This document shows positions 1 to 12,878 of a DNA stretch of 64,000 nucleotides, in pieces. A program made the position numbers and the translations under genes. The notes beneath the pieces were generated by a model that saw only the letters and a list, made by a program, of their open reading frames with translations, was not told where the DNA came from and did no database searches. Source of the DNA: Eledone cirrhosa. Taxonomy: Eukaryota. The stretch covers positions 160,394,001 to 160,458,000 of the forward strand of contig OZ024743.1 in the NCBI GenBank assembly GCA_964016885.1, written 5' to 3'. Each line of letters begins with the position of its first letter. Positions within the stretch are counted from its first letter, which is position 1.

Positions 1-1710
1 TTTGTTTCAAAAGGGCATAAGACTTTAGTATTTGCGCCCAAGAAAGGACTCCCCATAATATTTGGACGTTTTGGTCCAAATATTCAACCATTGTGTGTTC
101 AAAAGAAAGTTTTTATCGAAAATAAAAACAAACATGGCGGAGCCACGCTGCCCAATATTGAGTTTGCTGTCGTGTGAGAGCAAGTCATAACTCTGCCCCT
201 CCTGCAACAATTTTAAAATGTAACAACACATTAGGCAATATCGCCAACAACAGCACCACCACCAACAAAAACAACAGTAAGAACACTAATATAAACAAAA
301 ATGACAACACTAACAACAGCAGCAAGTGACATTACCAAAAACAGTAAAGAGACAGTGGTGAACAGCACCAGCATCAACGACAGCAACACAAACAACAACA
401 GCAAGTAGGACAACACCAACACCAACAGCAGGAACGAAAAAAAAGATAGTAATGTACACCACAATAACAGCAACAATAACAACAGCGGAAGCAACAACAG
501 CAGCCACGAGAACAAGAACACAACAGTAAATAACAATGCCGCAGAGAGGAAAATGGCCATCTCTTTTGCGTGGGTGGCACGCACCCTAGAGACAGTCCTG
601 GTCACAGAGGAGGAGATGGCGGTGGCAAGACACATGGTGACCAGAACTGAATTTTCATTCTCCCTGAAACCTCCAGCCGATTTCGTGGAGGAGCAAGAGC
701 GACGGACGGTGTCATACCGCACAATTGACACGAAATCGCAGCGGTGGGTCGGATCGCAAGATAGAGTTTAGCGCCTACCTCGAAGGCATGCTTTAGCTCT
801 CGCCCAATGAAAAGCCGATAACAGCTGCTGAAGTACGGGAGACAATGACCGACTGCACGGTGGGTAAATAGCCTAGTTTGGATAGTTTGCTCTACGAGCT
901 TTAAGTAAACATGCAGACTTGTTCGGCGACCTCCTAGCGGACGTATATTGCAACTGATAACAGAATGGGACGAAATCGAACTGCCCAGTCTGTTCCGGAG
1001 GACGTTCAAGCCGGAGACGAGGGATATCTTACAGAAATCCCTCGCTTGGCTGTGCAGGTGCACTGCCCAAGAGGCGCGCAGATTGATGAAACCGTTCTGC
1101 ACACTCTCGTCTAGTGTCCGTGTGTTACTGACATGAGGAATTATGTCGAACAGCTGTGATCGCGTGCAGGACGGATCCAGCTATCGACGGAGTCCATAAT
1201 GAATATCGCCCCGCCGCCTTCTTTTGGCCAGGAGGGGCAGGCAATTTTCCCCTGTCAGGTGGCAATAGCGAAAGAGGTTGTATTCTGGACCAGGTTGAAA
1301 AGACTGAAAAAAAAACAATTTTTTCTTCGGCCAATCCTTCATCAACAAGTTCCACTTAGAAAGGAAAGCGAGAGTAGATGGAGAAGTGCCCCCCCCATAC
1401 ACACCACACTCAGTATATTTTCTAAAAGGTTGGTGAATGCGGTGAGGAGGGCCCATGTGAAGGTTAATTTGAGGAGGATAAGAGTGCCCTTCGAGAGTGC
1501 ACTCGAAGTATCGGGTGGTTCGGGATTGTTGGGGTACCTGAGTAGCCCCTGGGCTGGTCTCACCCCTATTGGTGACTCGTATTGTAATTTTATTGTTAAT
1601 TGCTTTCGTTACTTTGTTTTTCCTCGGTTTTATTGTGAACCCCCGCTGTCCCTGTCTTTTTTGTACTGTCCCCTATATGTAGGCTCTAGTGGCCAATAAT
1701 GAAACTATTA
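1..1710 (+). mobile_element. L1/Tx1-type LINE, copy A, internally deleted and degenerate
   Basis: ORF1 start context AAACATGGCGGAGCC (ATG ~134) and ORF1 peptide ISFAWVARTLETVLVTEEEMAVAR (553-771) shared with copies at 53.8 and 61.5 kb. RT remnant LFGDLLADVYCN near 920, C-terminal QKSLAW and KEVVFWTRLK, 3' end GTGGCCAATAATGAAACTATT. Confidence 0.85.
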
Positions 1711-1729
1711 ATACTACTGTTGCTGCGGT

Positions 1730-1782
<53 letters not shown>

Positions 1783-1822
1783 ATAGTACTACTGTGCTAC
1801 TACTACTACTGCTGCTGCTACT
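1710..1822. repeat. (CTA)n/(TTA)n trinucleotide tract forming the tail of Tx1 copy A
   Basis: Direct reading of the repeat. Confidence 0.9.
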
Positions 1823-1824
1823 AG

Positions 1825-2085
1825 TTTAACTGGAAATTTGATTAATAATCAATAAGCCGCAACCTGCAGCTTCAATTATTCAGGATATATCTGAGGCTCC
1901 TTGCTTTTCCCAGCAGGCCTGACTTCGTGATTGTTTTAAAAAAGGGACTGGGCTAATATTCTTTAACCAGCCTTGGAAGCTTTTAGAGAAAGTACCTGCT
2001 GTGCCTATCAGGATATGGACGACTTTGACTAATGATAACTCAAAATCCTTTTCTGTTTCCACTTTAAATCCATCTCCTTTTTTGC
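1825..2085 (-). mobile_element. R4/Dong-type LINE 3' fragment
   Basis: Translation VKVVHILIGTAGTFSKSFQGWLKNI matches the C-terminus of the 54716 ORF ([25 protein letters not shown]). The 3' UTR TTCCAGTTAA is also shared. Confidence 0.85.
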
Positions 2086-2109
2086 ACTGTTCTGTCAAAG
2101 TGCCAATAT

Positions 2110-2660
2110 TTACTTATATGAACACCGCCATCCCCACAATGCCGGCAACCACGTCCAACACACCTAACACCACCAACAACAACTAAAACAAAAACAAAAT
2201 ATTAAAATCAACACAGACACCCGTGAGAACAGAAAAAATAAGGATATAGACAACGAAAACAGTAACAACATGAACAAAGATATGAATAACAACCACACTA
2301 CTAACAATAAATATAACCGAAAGAAATAAAAAACATAATAGTATTGCTGACAGGAACGACAACGCAAATGGCAATAATACGAATAACAAAAACAACAGCA
2401 ACAGCAGCGCAAGACCAAACGTATATTTTGTGAGAGCTGCAAACAAAAATATGGCGGTCACCGTGACCCACGAAGAGATGGTTGAGGCCTGGCGAATGAA
2501 AAAACAAAAGGAAACAGGGCCAGGTTCACTCCTTCATCCGATGTCATGGAACAACAAGGGGTAATTACGGTGCCATACCGTACAATTAGCGCGAAACCAG
2601 GCCAGATCGAAAAGACATCGGAGACCTAGATACAAAAGGTACATGTGTAGGCTCAAAAAA
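2110..2660 (+). mobile_element. Tx1-type ORF1 5' fragment
   Basis: AAC-rich low-complexity stretch followed by a degenerate match to VTEEEMAVA and TVPYRT, similar to copy A 550-740. Confidence 0.6.
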
Positions 2661-2666
2661 GTCCGA

Positions 2667-2867
2667 TTATATATATATATACACACACATATATACATAT
2701 ATACATATACATATACATCCACATATATACGCATACAAAAACATACAATCAATTAGGTAGATAAAAATCATAGGTACATAACCCACGTACATACGTACAC
2801 ACGCGCGCACATACGCACGCAATAAAAAATCAACACATGCATACATATAAACATATATACGTAATTC

Positions 2868-2906
<39 letters not shown>

Positions 2907-3167
2907 TAGATAGATAGATAGATATATATACACACACACACACACACATTTATATATATACACATACACACACACACACAATCACATGCATGCATACAGA
3001 CACGTGCGCGTCTGTGTGTATAAACATATAGGCAGACAAACTATAAATACACACACACTCGCAGGTGGGAGTATAAAAAGGGAGTACCAAAATATGAAAA
3101 GGTATACTCACAGATCCATGTGCAAAAAAATCTTTTATAAAAATAATATAAATACACATACATACAA

Positions 3168-3202
<35 letters not shown>

Positions 3203-3293
3203 TTTGTATGTATGTGTATTTATATTATTTTTATAAAAGATTTTTTTGCACATGGATCTGTGAGTATACCTTTTCATATATACATATATATAT

Positions 3294-3352
<59 letters not shown>

Positions 3353-3540
3353 CTTATATATATATACATATATATATATATACATATATATATATTTATA
3401 CATATATATATATATATATACACACACAAACAAAATATATACGCACATATGAACCCACATACACACATAATAATATGTATAAATACACATATATGTGTAT
3501 GTACACATAAGCCTGTCTGCATATGCGCCCACATGCAACC
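2667..3540. repeat. Compound (TA)n/(CA)n/(TAGA)n microsatellite with an internal ~75-bp inverted repeat (3092-3166 vs 3205-3278)
   Basis: ATATGAAAAGGTATACTCACAGATCCATGTGC and its reverse complement flank a (TA)n tract. Confidence 0.9.
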
Positions 3541-3914
3541 TTATGTGAGTACATTTAAAATACCTAGTGGGTAAGTAAGGACAAGGAGGAGTATAACTGA
3601 GATCAAATAATATAAAAACTTTTATGAAATGGTAAGGGAGAAAAGGGGTGTAAAAGTTGGGGTAGAGAGTAAGTGTTTGTGAAGAGATCTGGATAAGGGT
3701 ATATAATTAAAAAGTGATCTGGGTAAAGGATGAAGGTAGTGGGTGTGTATGTGTTAAAGGTATTGTAAAAAATAGGGGGGGGGGGGGTTATAAGTCAAAT
3801 GAAAATAAAATATAGAAAATCTGAGGGAGATAAAAAAGTATATATTGGTAGAAAGTATGTGTTCATAAGGTGATGATATTGGTAGTGAGTGGAAGGCGTG
3901 ATAAGTAAAGAAGC

Positions 3915-5420
3915 TCAACGTGGTTGAGTAATCGTTGGTGTGTTAATCCAGCTAAAAAGTAGATGAGATTTCAGGTGCGGACAACATCTAAAAATCTCGG
4001 GCTTAGAGTTTAGACAACTGGGAGGGGTTTTCAAGTTTTGGAGAATTCTGAATTTTTCCGTAGTACACAAAGAACATTTCTTTGTGCCCCTTTGATATTC
4101 TCTTGAATGGTCTAAAATAGAACAATCAATAGTGTACGGAATGTTTTTGTCTTTAAGCTCCCACACTTTATTCGCCAGCGCCGTTGCTGTTCTTTTTTCA
4201 GGGTGTGTGAAAGAAGCGACATGTGCATAGTACCTGGTTTTAAATCTGTCCTGAGTCATGCCAACATATCACTCACTCCTGGCTAGCTGGTTATTAATCA
4301 TCAGTGTCAATTTGACCTCATACACAATAGATTTGATATTACATTTACCCTGTAATGGGCATTTCTTCCGGCTTCCTGCAGCTGCATCCTGGATTTACAC
4401 TAATACCATTAGAGTTGGTAATTTTAGTTTTCATTGATGGGCAGCAAGAGTAGCTGATTTTAACTACATTTCTATTGAATATCTTATTATATCTATGATT
4501 AGGAAGAAAATGTTTGTCTAGAAGGTCGAGGAAATTTCTTCCTACGTTAGTTTTAAGAATTAGAGAGAAGAGGGTGTAAACCAAATAATTTTTCTTTTCC
4601 TGTTATTGCGTTTAGTGTTAGAAAGAGGACTAGGTAAATATTTAATTTGTTCGGTGAAGCCGCTGTTATTGAGGGCCTTATTATAAGGGGCAGCTTTGTT
4701 TAAAATGTTTATAGACGAAGATAGGGTAGAGATCCTACGGGTAATGTTAGGGATAAGATTTTTAAAGACTATAGGGGATGGCAAGACTCTGTGTGTATAT
4801 ATCTTAAATTTTCATTAGGTTTATGATAAGGTTTAAAAGAGGCATTAAGTAGGTCAAGATTGATATCAAGGAAGTTAGTATTAGTAAGATTCGTATCTAT
4901 AGTAATTTTTAGGTTTAGGTTAGCAAAGGTATTGATTAAATCTTTACGGAATGTATCAAGGTTATGGCCGTTGGTGGTATGAGAAACTGCAAACCGTCGT
5001 CTCGGTATAAACCGATATTACGGCAAGGAAATTTCTCTTTAAGGGTGTGGAGGAGGAATAACCCTACTAAGTCGCACATAACGGCGCTATTATATGAGCC
5101 CATCGCGACATCAAAAGAGTTTTCAGGGCTTTATTTTTTAACCCAAGTACCTTCATTAGCAAAGAGTAGTGTTTTCCTAGCATGAAAGATAAAGTCTTCT
5201 TCTAATTTAGAAATATTATTGAAAAGTCTAGCAAAATCTAAGGCTTTAGTTAATAAGGATTCTGTGATAGAGGGGTAAAAATCAACAATATCAAATTGGG
5301 TAAATCTACCCTTATTGTTTCCTTGTATGTTATTAAACCAAAAAATAACAGAGGATGTATTTAACCATTGGGATAAGTCAGTCATAGTTCTTATTTGAAG
5401 TATTATATTTCTTTATATAT
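3915..5420 (-). mobile_element. Penelope-like element, RT + C-terminal GIY-YIG (Hydra-clade-like), frameshifted
   Basis: RT motifs QFDIVDFYPSI, DVAMGS and NIGLYRDDGL (~4990-5020). Linker RKRKIIWF, KIFNRNVVKISYSC and CSCR. Endonuclease FKTRYYAH, CSLCTTEK and LNSKPE..CCPH. Clade assignment is from remembered motif style, not a tree. Confidence 0.88.
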
Positions 5421-5533
5421 TTATTATATTTATTTATATATTTATTATATTTCTTTATATATTTATTTATTTAGTTATTTCTGCTTCTGAACTACTTCCC
5501 AGTGGTTCGCACATATTGATATGTGCATGTGCA

Positions 5534-5585
<52 letters not shown>

Positions 5586-6050
5586 CGTGTGTGCGTGCGT
5601 GCGCGCGTGTGTGCGTGTATACATGCATGTATTTATGTGTGTATGGATATGTATGTGTATATGTGTGTGTGTATGTGTATATATACACGTGCGCGTATAT
5701 ATAGAGTCTTTTGTGTTTGTATGTATGTATGTGTATGTGTAAATGTACCCCCTTTTTTATGTGTGTGGGTGTTTGTGTGTACATATATGAGTGCATATAT
5801 ATTTGAGTATATGTGTGTGTATGTATTTATGTGTCTGTTCCTATTTCCATGTAGACGCAAATACGCTTATGTGAGAAAGTATACGTCTACATACTATTAA
5901 GTATTAGCACGTGGTTGAGTGTCTGTATGTTTATGTTCGGGATATTTATTTATATATGTTCTCCCCTAATTCCTTTTTGCCCGTTCTTTCAGCCTCACTT
6001 TCATATTTCCTAAATTTTGTTTTCAAATCCATATTTAATAAAAACACCAT

Positions 6051-6118
6051 GTTATTTATTCATTCTGACGACTGAAGACATATAACATCTGCCTTCAAGA
6101 AACCACTGGTAATTGAAA

Positions 6119-6121
<3 letters not shown>
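6051..6121 (+). ncRNA. Type I hammerhead ribozyme motif at the end of a TG-rich PLE-type terminal region (5500-6125)
   Basis: CTGACGA (6065), stem II TGAAG/CTTCA, GAAA, stem III ACCA-C-TGGT, GUA triplet, imperfect stem I TTATTT/AAATAA. Confidence 0.7.
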
Positions 6122-6169
<48 letters not shown>

Positions 6170-6174
6170 CCGAT

Positions 6175-6800
6175 CCTGGTCCAAGCTGCCCTCACCCTTG
6201 TTCAGAAAGTCGACCGCAGCACCACCCTCACAACATGACATGCCATCACCAACACCAATCGATTACCCCTCCCCCACGTTGTTCTTTCGACGATCCTTCC
6301 TCTCTTCCGCTGCCTCCCTTTAGACACCTTCACCTTCCCCATTCCACCCTCCCCTCCTTCAAGCGCGTATTTAACTTCCGGAATCTCCTCCTCCGTAGTT
6401 CCCTTTTCCTCCATAACTCCTACAACGGATCTGTTCACTACTCGGCAGTCACACATGCAGCTTTGTTACAAACACCACGACCCTCAATGGACAACAACAG
6501 CCAGAACTTCCGAGTTAGGGACTCCTTCGGCTGCACTCCCTCTAATTTTATGTACGGGCTCTGTCGCACGATATGCGCGTCAGTCTTCATTGGTCAAGTA
6601 GATCGTCCAATAGCAGGCAGGTTCACCGATTATCTCCGCGACATCCGGCTCGGCCACCAGACACGGGTGGCCCGATATTTCCACTCCGTCGGACACTCCA
6701 TCCACTATCTCATAGATTTCAGCCTCGTTGCTTGCCCCGGAGGAGAAATCAGAACGTAAAGAACCGTAACCATATAATTCGAAGCGATGTCCTGTACTCT
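6175..6800 (+). mobile_element. PLE GIY-YIG endonuclease remnant (Neptune-like)
   Basis: ORF 6235-6759 reads FRVRDSFGCTPSNFMYGLCRTICASVFIGQVDRPIAGRFTDYLRDI...VARYFHSVGHS, a decayed N..Y...C..C..YIGET.R.L..RF.EH pattern. Confidence 0.8.
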
Positions 6801-7094
6801 ACCGCTTCTGCCAGAGAAATAGGGAGTGAGGTGGAGAGAGTGGGGGAGATGGAAGAAAGAAAACAATAAATAACGAAAAAAAGAAACATCAGCGAAACCA
6901 ATAACAAGAATATAAATATATATAACGAATCCATATAAAACTAACACTAATTGGTTCCTTCTACTGCTGAGTGTGAACAACGATAGAAGCAACAAGTTAC
7001 CAATCAGTCGAAGAAAATGAGTCAGGCAAAAGCAGCATTACGACTTTTAAGTAGGTGACGCATCACATGATATTGTCATTATATCATTTTCAGA

Positions 7095-7563
7095 GGACGG
7101 TGGATTGACAGAATTGTTAGTGCATTAGATTAAATGCATTGCAAAATTTCGATATGCCCCTCGAAATTCTGGTTTAAAATTCCACTTTGGTCAACTTTGC
7201 CTTTCATCCTTTCAGGGTCAATAAAATAAAGCACCGATATCGCATTGGAGTTGATTTAATTGACTTTCCCCTCCTCCAAAATCTGGCCTAGAGGTAAGTG
7301 CGTTGGACTTACGATCAAAATGTCGGGGGTTCGATTTCTAGAAAAAACACTTCATTTTATGTTGCTGAAGTATACTCATCAGAAAATGAGTACCTGCACT
7401 AGCTGAGGGTTTAACCCTGCGAATGCGAAGTGGCCAAATGGAGTCTCGTACTCCCTGCCACTTAACGCCACGGAAACTGAGATAAAAGGCTCCGTGCTCC
7501 AGATAGACTTTAAACTTTTTCTTTTGACAAAATTATTGGCCTTGTGCCTAAATTAGAAATCAT
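7095..7563 (+). mobile_element. Old tRNA-derived SINE interrupted by a second, different tRNA-derived SINE (~7284-7520)
   Basis: Outer copy has GGTGGATTGACAG, CTTTGCCTTTCATCCTT and tail GGCCTTGTGCCTAAATTAGAAA (7538). Inner copy has A box TGGCCTAGAGG, B box GGTTCGATTTC and AAATGAGTACCTG. Confidence 0.65.
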
Positions 7564-8007
7564 CTTATCATTTTAATCCTGATCTCACCAGAATAAACAA
7601 AAATACCACTATAATCAACAGCAACACTGTTATTGCCAGCATCACCATCAAAATCATCACAACCAGACAATAACAACATGAATAGCAAAAACAAATCTAT
7701 TAGATTAAAAATAGTGGCTACTTTGATCAAGTAGTTGATAGGAATCGATATTTGTTCATGTTAGAGCGCAGGATCATATCACATTGGAGTGAGTAAGAGA
7801 GAAAAGCACATAACTTTATTATACCATCAAATTTTAACTTAAAAGAACGACTTGTATATAATTTATATATTTCAGTATATACAGTTTTTGTATAAATTCA
7901 AATGTTACACTTTGAAAATATTTAATACATTGTACAGACTATTGTATATTTGAATATTATACACACACACACACACACATATATAAATATATATATTTAT
8001 TTATTTA

Positions 8008-8048
<41 letters not shown>

Positions 8049-8051
<3 letters not shown>

Positions 8052-11000
8052 TACTTGGGGATGGTCATATTGTTGTAATATTGCCAGAAATAATAACAGA
8101 ACACAGTTTGGTTGGTTTTCGCTTTTGTATCTTTTATATCTCCACAGTTTATTTATTTGGCAATCAATGTTTATCATTGATTGACCAGCGGTTAAAAATA
8201 CCAGATATGAATCTATATATATATAGTCTATCAAAGTTCTTTCGTTGCACATCTGCAACATCATCAGTGGTACTATTATGTTTCCTCCTGTTGTATTGTA
8301 TGTCTACGGCATTTTTATTTTAATTAATTAATTTATTTATTCTTGTCTCTGTCCCTGCGCATGCGTTTGCGTGTGTGTATAATGTTTGGTGTGTGTGTTC
8401 GCGTTTGAGTGTATGTGCTTTTGTTTCCGTATTCTATCTTTGTTCACAAGAATGTGTTTATATGTGTTTGTTGTTATTGGACTTGTGTATATATTTATTT
8501 ATTTATTTATATTTCCTTTAAGTCAGTGTTTTTAAATATGTGTTTTTAGTATGTGTTTTAAGTGTGTGTTTATATGTGTTTGTTGTCATAGTACTTGTGT
8601 ATATATTTATTTATGTTTCCCTTAAGCCAGTATTGTTTGTTTGTATATGGTTGTTATTGTTATTCCATGCTGTCTTTCTGTTCAACTTCGGTCTTCTTAG
8701 TTATATCTCAGTTGCTTCTCTGATTTACCTACCTGTTGAGTCATTTCTATGTTTCGATATTATTTTAATTTCTATCTTGTCTATATTACCGCCATGTCTT
8801 TGTCTTTCGTGTTCGAATAGTACTGAACCTTTTTTTTTTACTTTTAGTTCCCCCAGTGTTGGTCTATTTTTTCTCCTATGCTTCGAGCTGTCGCGCCTAT
8901 GTATGTCGTTGTCATGTTTCTGCAAGTACCCATAGACTACATTTCTAGTTTTACAGTTTATCTGGGGGTTCATTTTACATATAACACATGTGTTATTTGT
9001 AGAGTGGGTTTTCTTAAAGGGGCATGTTTTGCTGATCAGGGATTTTATGGTAGTTCCTGGCTTTTCAACCACTTTAATCTTTAAATGGGTCTTTCTTAGG
9101 GCCTTTCTATATTGGTTAGCTAATTTCCCTCCAGGGGTAGCATCCACGAACATGACACTCTGGTATCTCTGGTTGCCGTACCATGAAGTGGCTTTTCCTA
9201 TCTTATGTTTAGTCCTATCTAAGCTATTCCATGATTAGCTCCTGTATAATGGGAAAATTCCTTTCATGTCTATTTCTATGAAGGTCTTATATTTCTCCAT
9301 GGCTCCTTTGTATACTCTGATTATGTCTCTTTGGTTGTAGCCAGAGAACTGCAGTTGATGAAATGTTGGATGTGTCTTTCCATTTCAGTTAAGGCGCAAA
9401 TGTGGGACACATTCTTCATCACTCTTACCAAGTCTGCGATCAGAATATTAAACTTAGCACTATTGGACATTGCTGAGTTTTTGAGTATCAGGTATTTAGA
9501 GGCCATGGGTTTAGCATAGTGTGAGTGGAGAATTTGGGCTCTCTCGTCTATAGTGTTAATCCAGAGTTCCCTGTTTAATACTGGTAGTCTATTGTTAGGG
9601 TGTTTGGAAAGGTAGTCAACAGTTACAGTTATACTCTGGTGTATGGAGTTAGCTATCTGCTGGATGCTTTCCATTGTGCTACTTTCTAATTCATGTTCAT
9701 CTCTCTTGTGGGGGGTGTTCTTATTACTATATTAATATCGTCTACGTAACGAGAGTACATGACGAGGTCTGTGGAGTTCTCTTCAAGGAGTTCTGTGAGT
9801 CTCCTCTCCCACCATACCTTAAATAGATTGGCAACATCTATAGCTATGCTGACGCCAATGGCTGCTCCCTCATTCTGGGTGTAGACCTTTTCGTTAAATT
9901 TAAACATATGGCCCTTTGGGGTAGTTTTGATACTAGCCCCTATTGCATGTGCGACAATTTTTCTCACCTGATTATTGTTTTGGGGTGTCTGTATGGGTTT
10001 GGTCCATCCATTCCATCTTTCCATGGGAGTCTTTTTAACCATTGAGGTTATCGTGGGATTCTATCTCTTACAGGTAAGGCTGGGGCAGAAACAGCTAAGG
10101 TCATGGCTGTCTAAGTACTCGGTGTCATAAGTAAGTCTAAGTAGGAGGCCCAATTCATCTGTGTCGACGTCGCAGAACTCCACTTCGCTCTCACTGGTTA
10201 TTTCCCGCATTTTTCCACAGCAAAATCAATGTTAATGGATGGCTACAGTGATACTACATTCATACTGCCTATTATGGAGTTAGTTAAGTTTTTGTTTTTG
10301 TTGCATTCATTGATTCTGCTGCTGAGGTCCTCTGTGCTGTCACATATATCTGGGGACATCTTAATTATGGGCAGTATAATCATAGAGAGGAAGAAGGAGA
10401 TCCTGTAGTTGCTAACAATATTGGCTCCGCATACAGGTCTTGTTGGTGGTCCTGTCGTCGGGTCTTTGGTTGTCTTATGGTCTTTGTGGAGCCCCTACAA
10501 GAGTGGTATGTCATTGTTAGACGCTTGGAAGTTGTTGGAAGTGCGTCTACCTGGCTTTAGGATGTCGGTCCACATCATCATGTGAGCGTTGATGATCTTC
10601 TCTCTCTCCTCCTTAGTTTTTTGTGTTGTTTCGCTCGTGTTGATGATGTGGGGTTGCATAGCCTTGATATAGGTCCGCATGCTGTCTATTGACATCCTAC
10701 CATATTTATATGTGGGTAGACACACTACCTCACATCCCTTGTGCGCTGTTTGAGCCTAAGTAGGCCTTCTACAGGTTTTCATCGAAGTTGTTGAATTTCT
10801 GGTCTGCTTTGTCTCTAAGTATATTAGTCTACTACCTGTCTGAGTTTATTTCTAGCTATGGTAAACTGTGCCTCTGTTTGGTCATCTATTTGTTGTGGTA
10901 TACAAACTCTTTTATTAAAAGGTAATTTAGTGGGATAAATTTTGTTCATCTTGTATGTTTTGTCAGCTGGGTTGAAGAACAGGTTCTCTAAGGGGTTGTC

Positions 11001-11383
11001 ATTAAATTTACCGTTATAGTTGTGTGTGCTATTATTATTGTCATTATGGCTGTTGTTGTTCCTGCTGTTAACATTATTATTATTGTTATGATTGTTAAAT
11101 GTATTGTTGTTGTACTCTCCATTGTTATTGTTGTTGTTACTGTTATTTCTACCATTGTGGTTGTTACCTGTATTGTTATGTTTCTTGTTTTTATTGTTGT
11201 TTTTGTTGTGGTTGTTGTTGTTGTTCTGTCTATTGTTAACCTTGCTGCTCCTGCTATTTCCATTATTATTATTTTCCTCTCTCCTGCTATTGTTATTGTT
11301 ATGACTATTATTATTATTATAGCTGTTATTTCTATAGTCAAAATTATTGTTTATATTACTACTTTCATTATTATTGTTGTTAT
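8049..11383 (-). mobile_element. Near full-length degenerate Penelope-like element (N-rich N-terminus, RT, decayed GIY-YIG region, CA-rich 3' UTR)
   Basis: FKFNEKVYTQNEGAAIGV, RYVDDINI, VDYLSKHPNNRLPVL, HYAKPMASK, FVDATPGGKLA, IKVVEKPG, CVICKMNPQINCKTRNVVY and SVLFEHERQRH across five collinear ORF pieces. Confidence 0.85.
8225..8275 (-). ncRNA. Type I hammerhead ribozyme motif in the 3' end of the PLE, sense to its ORF
   Basis: Minus strand reads AGTACCA CTGATGA T GTTGCA gatg TGCAAC GAAA GAAC TT TGATAGACT. Confidence 0.75.
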
Positions 11384-11565
11384 GGCGGTGGATTGGCAGT
11401 ATCGGTAGGGGGTCTGACGCCATGTTTTGCAGCATAGAGTTACGACCCTTTATGGTCTAGGTTCAAATCCCGCCGAGGTTAACTTTCCCTTTCATCCTTA
11501 CGGTGTCGATAAAATAAAGTACCAGTAATACACTGGGTTAATTTCTGGCCATGTGCCTATAGTAG
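11384..11565 (+). mobile_element. tRNA-derived SINE (~190 bp, main family)
   Basis: A box TGGCAGTATCGG, B box GGTTCAAATCCC, core CTTTCATCCTTACGG.GTCGATAAAATAAAGTACCAG. Flanked by TTA/TTG repeats. Confidence 0.9.
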
Positions 11566-11676
11566 TTGTTGTTGTTCGTATTGTTGTTATTTATTTTCGC
11601 ATTCCAACGTATTTTCTTGAAAGGTTTTTCTATCTCTGACATGCATTGTACTGAGTTTATCTTGTTATATATTGTG

Positions 11677-11747
<71 letters not shown>

Positions 11748-11786
11748 ATAATAAAAGGACGAAGTGTTAGATATTCATTACGTTTA

Positions 11787-12326
11787 CTAGTAGAAAAACA
11801 ACCTTCAGGGTGTTTTTCTGCGAGCATGTATAGTGTGCATATTTATATTATACACAAATATATATGCATGTAGATATGATGCGTCAAATAAAATCGCAAT
11901 TCAGAATATGCACAGAAATTGAAGAGAGACTGTGTTACAGTGTTTTCTGTAATCAGTAAAGTAATCCATGATACATTTATAAAAGACGATATTATATGTA
12001 AACTGCATTACCGTGATATGTAATGAAAACTAAAAAGGAGAAAATTTTGCGACGGAAATATAAATCGTATATAACGATGTAAGTATATGAACGTGATATA
12101 GCGTTCATTATAGCATAACCGGAAATACTGACATTTAAAAATGTTTAAAGAAGTGAATCTTGAAATAAGCAATAAAATGATTTATATTTAATCAAGAGCT
12201 ACAAAATTTAGTACATAAATTATGTAATATTTATTCATTACTTATTCAACGTAATCCAACTTATTTTACTAACGGGATAAATAAAATATACACAGTCCCA
12301 CATTACTCCCTTTATTATATTATGAT
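11787..12326 (-). mobile_element. Non-autonomous Helitron-like element, paralog of 46272-46975
   Basis: About 540 bp of clear similarity to the 46.3-kb copy. The minus strand starts with TC and ends in a hairpin plus CTAG. Confidence 0.65.
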
Positions 12327-12477
12327 TGAAGTGTGTCACGCGTTTCGCGATTGATCAGTTCAAGGCTCAATCTGTATCGAACAGAAGTCCAACGATATTT
12401 TGATTCCAGAGTCGGGCGAGATCGATTCAGATCGAGCTTTGAGCTGATCAATCGCGAAACGCGCCTCACACCTCAAT
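12324..12477. repeat. Fold-back inverted repeat (~55-bp arms) built from the 3' half of a long-stem-II hammerhead (GAAACGCG)
   Basis: CGCGTTTCGCGATTGATCAGTTCAAGGCTC vs GAGCTTTGAGCTGATCAATCGCGAAACGCG. Related to the 47270-47366 motif. Confidence 0.75.
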
Positions 12478-12636
12478 AAACGTAATGGAGATCTACCGCT
12501 TCATCCTTTTTATTATTATTACACACTGCTTAGTACAACGCCAATATAGCTACTGGAAACTAGGCATCGAATGCTTACTCAAGTGAACCTACAGTAACTG
12601 GGCGTTACAATCCCTTTCTCTCTCTGTATATATATA

Positions 12637-12696
<60 letters not shown>

Positions 12697-12878
12697 GTAA
12701 ACACATATTTGTTCTTCGGGTGCTGCAATACTCCGGCCCCGAATGCAGAAGTCGATGTCACACAAACAATGAAGGTAAAACTACAGGTTTCTGTCAACTT
12801 TCACCGTGACACCAGAGCCCGCCAGGGCCACTCACCGATGTACATGACGATACATCTGCATACTAGCATAATCTTGTG

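Noticed and set aside
3915-5420. Selenocysteine read-through or programmed recoding in the PLE and LINE ORFs
   Set aside because: Interruptions are mixed TAA/TAG/TGA stops and frameshifts, consistent with neutral decay.
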